Below are positions 62,001 through 64,000 of a stretch of 64,000 bases of DNA, piece after piece (the stretch's first letter is position 1; each line of letters starts with the position of its first letter). Position numbers and translations under genes: made by a program. Source of the stretch: Macrostomum lignano (lineage: Eukaryota); the NCBI GenBank assembly GCA_002269645.1, contig NIVC01001646.1:71187-135186 (forward strand). The letters run 5' to 3'. The notes under the pieces were generated by a model. That model was not told the origin of the DNA. It was given only the letters and a program-made list of their open reading frames with translations, and did not search any database.

Positions 62001-62873
62001 TTAGAGTAGAGCCAAGCACAGTGAAAAAGCCACTAGTAGAGCTAGGAAGATCGGCTGTCCCGGCTGCAGCTGGTCCTGCGACTTCTTTTCATCGTCTTTT
62101 GAGTCTTTGACATCGTCTGTTTTTTTTTTTATTTTTTTTTGGTGTCGTAACAGCAGGCGCGGTGGTGGGCGCGCAATCATATCCTTTGCAAGACGTGCAT
62201 CCTTTAACCACATTAGCCGGAGTGGCAGCAGTTTCCTTAGCCGTACAGTCGGATTCGCAGCCAATATAGACTTTGGCGTCAGTCTGAAAGATAAAAATTC
62301 AGCGTATTTTTCAAACGGTAAAATAGTTTTTAATTGAAAAAAGAATACCAGCCTATTACTCACTCCATCTTTATAATCTAGTCGTTTACAGCTCTGAGGT
62401 GTTTTCACACAGTAGATTTCAACCGTGGTTATCGTCGTTTGATTTATGCCGTCGTAATACGGGCATGATGAGAATTTATTAATACATCATTTACAGTGTT
62501 GCAATCATCAACGTCGCAACTATCGCAGTCTGTTTTTGTTGGATTACCACAGGCAGTTGCGCCACATTTGAATTCTAATGCTTTCTGAAAAAATTAGGTT
62601 AAATGTATGGCCAAGCGGACTATTTAATACAATATTGGTTTATTAGTCTGCACTTACCAACTGACCGCTGGCGGAAGTGTAGACTGTATGGCATTTATCG
62701 TTACTCGTTGTGGGACACGTTTTAGATTTTGCACTCTTTAATGCGTCAAACGCGGCAGTAGAATAATTTGTCCCTGAGAAAGCACCAACAATGCACTTAG
62801 TTACTGCACTGCACACAGGCAGTTGAAACAGCGCAATGGCCAGGCACAGTTGCAGTACAAAAGCGTTGTCCAT
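62001..62873 (-). CDS. Secreted, probably GPI-anchored protein with two 8-Cys Ly6/uPAR-like (three-finger/ET-module-like) domains. Exons 62873-62658, 62584-62364, 62283-62001; two 1-nt frameshifts as assembled
   Basis: Signal peptide MDNAFVLQLCLAIALFQLPVCSA; domain 1 ends C-x2-C-x4-CN (CDSCDVDDCN); domain 2 has parallel spacing (GCTSCKGYDC); hydrophobic tail PIFLALLVAFSLCLALL*; two short GT-AG introns (73 and 80 nt). Confidence 0.75.
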
Positions 62874-63039
62874 AGCGTCGACGCAATGCTGTCAATTTGA
62901 AAAAAAATTACACAGAGGCAGAGGTGAGAAGGAACCACGAGACAATATTATGATGTAATATAGGATGGGTATATAAAGTAGAAATAGTGAGAAATATGCG
63001 CTATACAATTTGAAATATTTTTTACATATTTGAGCGACA

Positions 63040-63300
63040 AACGTGGAGAGAGTGGAGAAGGCGAAGGGCTATGGAGAGTGGATTGGAAGGCGAGAGAGGG
63101 GAGACGGAGAGGAGAGGAATTGAGAGAAGAGCGAAAAAAGGGAGAGAGAGAGGAGAGGAGAGTAAGAAGTGAGGAGGGGAAGAGGGAGAAGAGAAGGGAG
63201 GGTTAAAGAAGAGTGAAGAGTGAGCGGAGGAGAGGAGAGAGGGGGAAAGAGGGAGACAAGAGAGAGTAGAGGGGAAGAGAGGAGAATGGAGAGACAAAGA
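63040..63300. repeat. GA-rich low-complexity tract, inside the putative 5' UTR intron of the Ly6-like gene
   Basis: Purine-rich on +; lies between a minus-strand donor GTAAGT (63313-63308) and acceptor CAG (62891-62889). Confidence 0.8.
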
Positions 63301-63512
63301 CAAGCGGACTTACTATCTCCGTTCTACCGGGCACAGATGGACTCGGGATGCAGTTTTTTCTAAGTGTGGACTCCACTCGTTGCTCCTGAAAGTGTACTCG
63401 ACCTCAGTTGCTGAGTTGCTGCTGTTCTAGGACTCGAGTTTGTATGTTGATGATGCACTCGGTTTGGTAAGCAAAATATTGGGTTAGCTCTGCAGGCGCT
63501 CCTGCGCTCTCG

Positions 63513-63520
63513 CTTATATA
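63513..63520 (-). promoter_or_regulatory. Candidate TATA box (TATATAAG) for the Ly6-like gene, with a non-coding first exon at about 63490-63314
   Basis: TATA consensus about 200 nt upstream of a strong donor, correctly oriented toward the acceptor 15 nt before the ATG. Confidence 0.45.
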
Positions 63521-64000
63521 CTGCCTGAAAAAGATACAGGCCCAGCGAGCTTTGTCTAGGGGTGCGCGGTTGACTGTTCCCTCTTTCTTCTTGCTAACTG
63601 TTGTCTATGGGTGGCACTCTAGCCAGCCTAATGCCGGCTTGTAGACACCCAGCCTGTGCTTGTACTTTTTTTTATAAAAAACAGCCGCTTGCAAGTTTTA
63701 ATATTAAAAATTAAAATTAGATTTCAAGTTAATAAAAGTACTAAAGCGGCCTGGGTCCCATTTTTTTGTGGAGATTAATGTAATGGCGCAAATTTGTTAA
63801 TATGCCGTGTTTGTTTTTGTGTTTTACTTGGTGTGGAGCGTCCATATTGTGTCTGTCTTCGAGTGTCCATGTGGTATCTTTGCGTCTTCTTACTTTATTT
63901 GTCCTAATAAAATAAGCTGTAATCAAGTCTGCCAACCAATTATTTACCATACATGCACCAGATCCTTTTAAACTGTGCTCTCTCGAGTTCATTGTCGTTC

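Overview
Eukaryotic (metazoan) genomic DNA, not prokaryotic: it has GT-AG spliceosomal introns, GC-rich exons, and roughly 40 different mini/microsatellite arrays filling much of the window. The style (repeat-stuffed introns, GC-rich codons) resembles the flatworm Macrostomum lignano, but that species call is inference only. 1-28 kb holds no gene I can recognise: short unique segments alternate with tandem arrays, and the long ORFs in the track there are repeat artefacts. Six genes could be rebuilt by hand with phase-consistent splice junctions: a PP1 glycogen-targeting subunit (PPP1R3 family, RVxF + CBM21, +); a tight same-strand cluster of centrin, NUDT17, a UCP/ucpB-like SLC25 carrier and DUSP11/PIR1 (+); and a probably GPI-anchored two-domain Ly6/uPAR-like Cys-rich protein (-) with two single-base frameshifts. 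Mobile elements: a 428-bp non-autonomous Merlin element (TIRs, 8-bp TSD, transposase remnant), a MULE-like foldback element and two inverted-repeat elements. The best leads are (1) a candidate SL trans-spliced operon in which the carrier gene lacks its own ATG, (2) minisatellites whose unit is a 3' splice site, and (3) a roughly 1 kb homotypic cluster of RFX X-box matches. All coordinates were read by eye; repeat boundaries are approximate.
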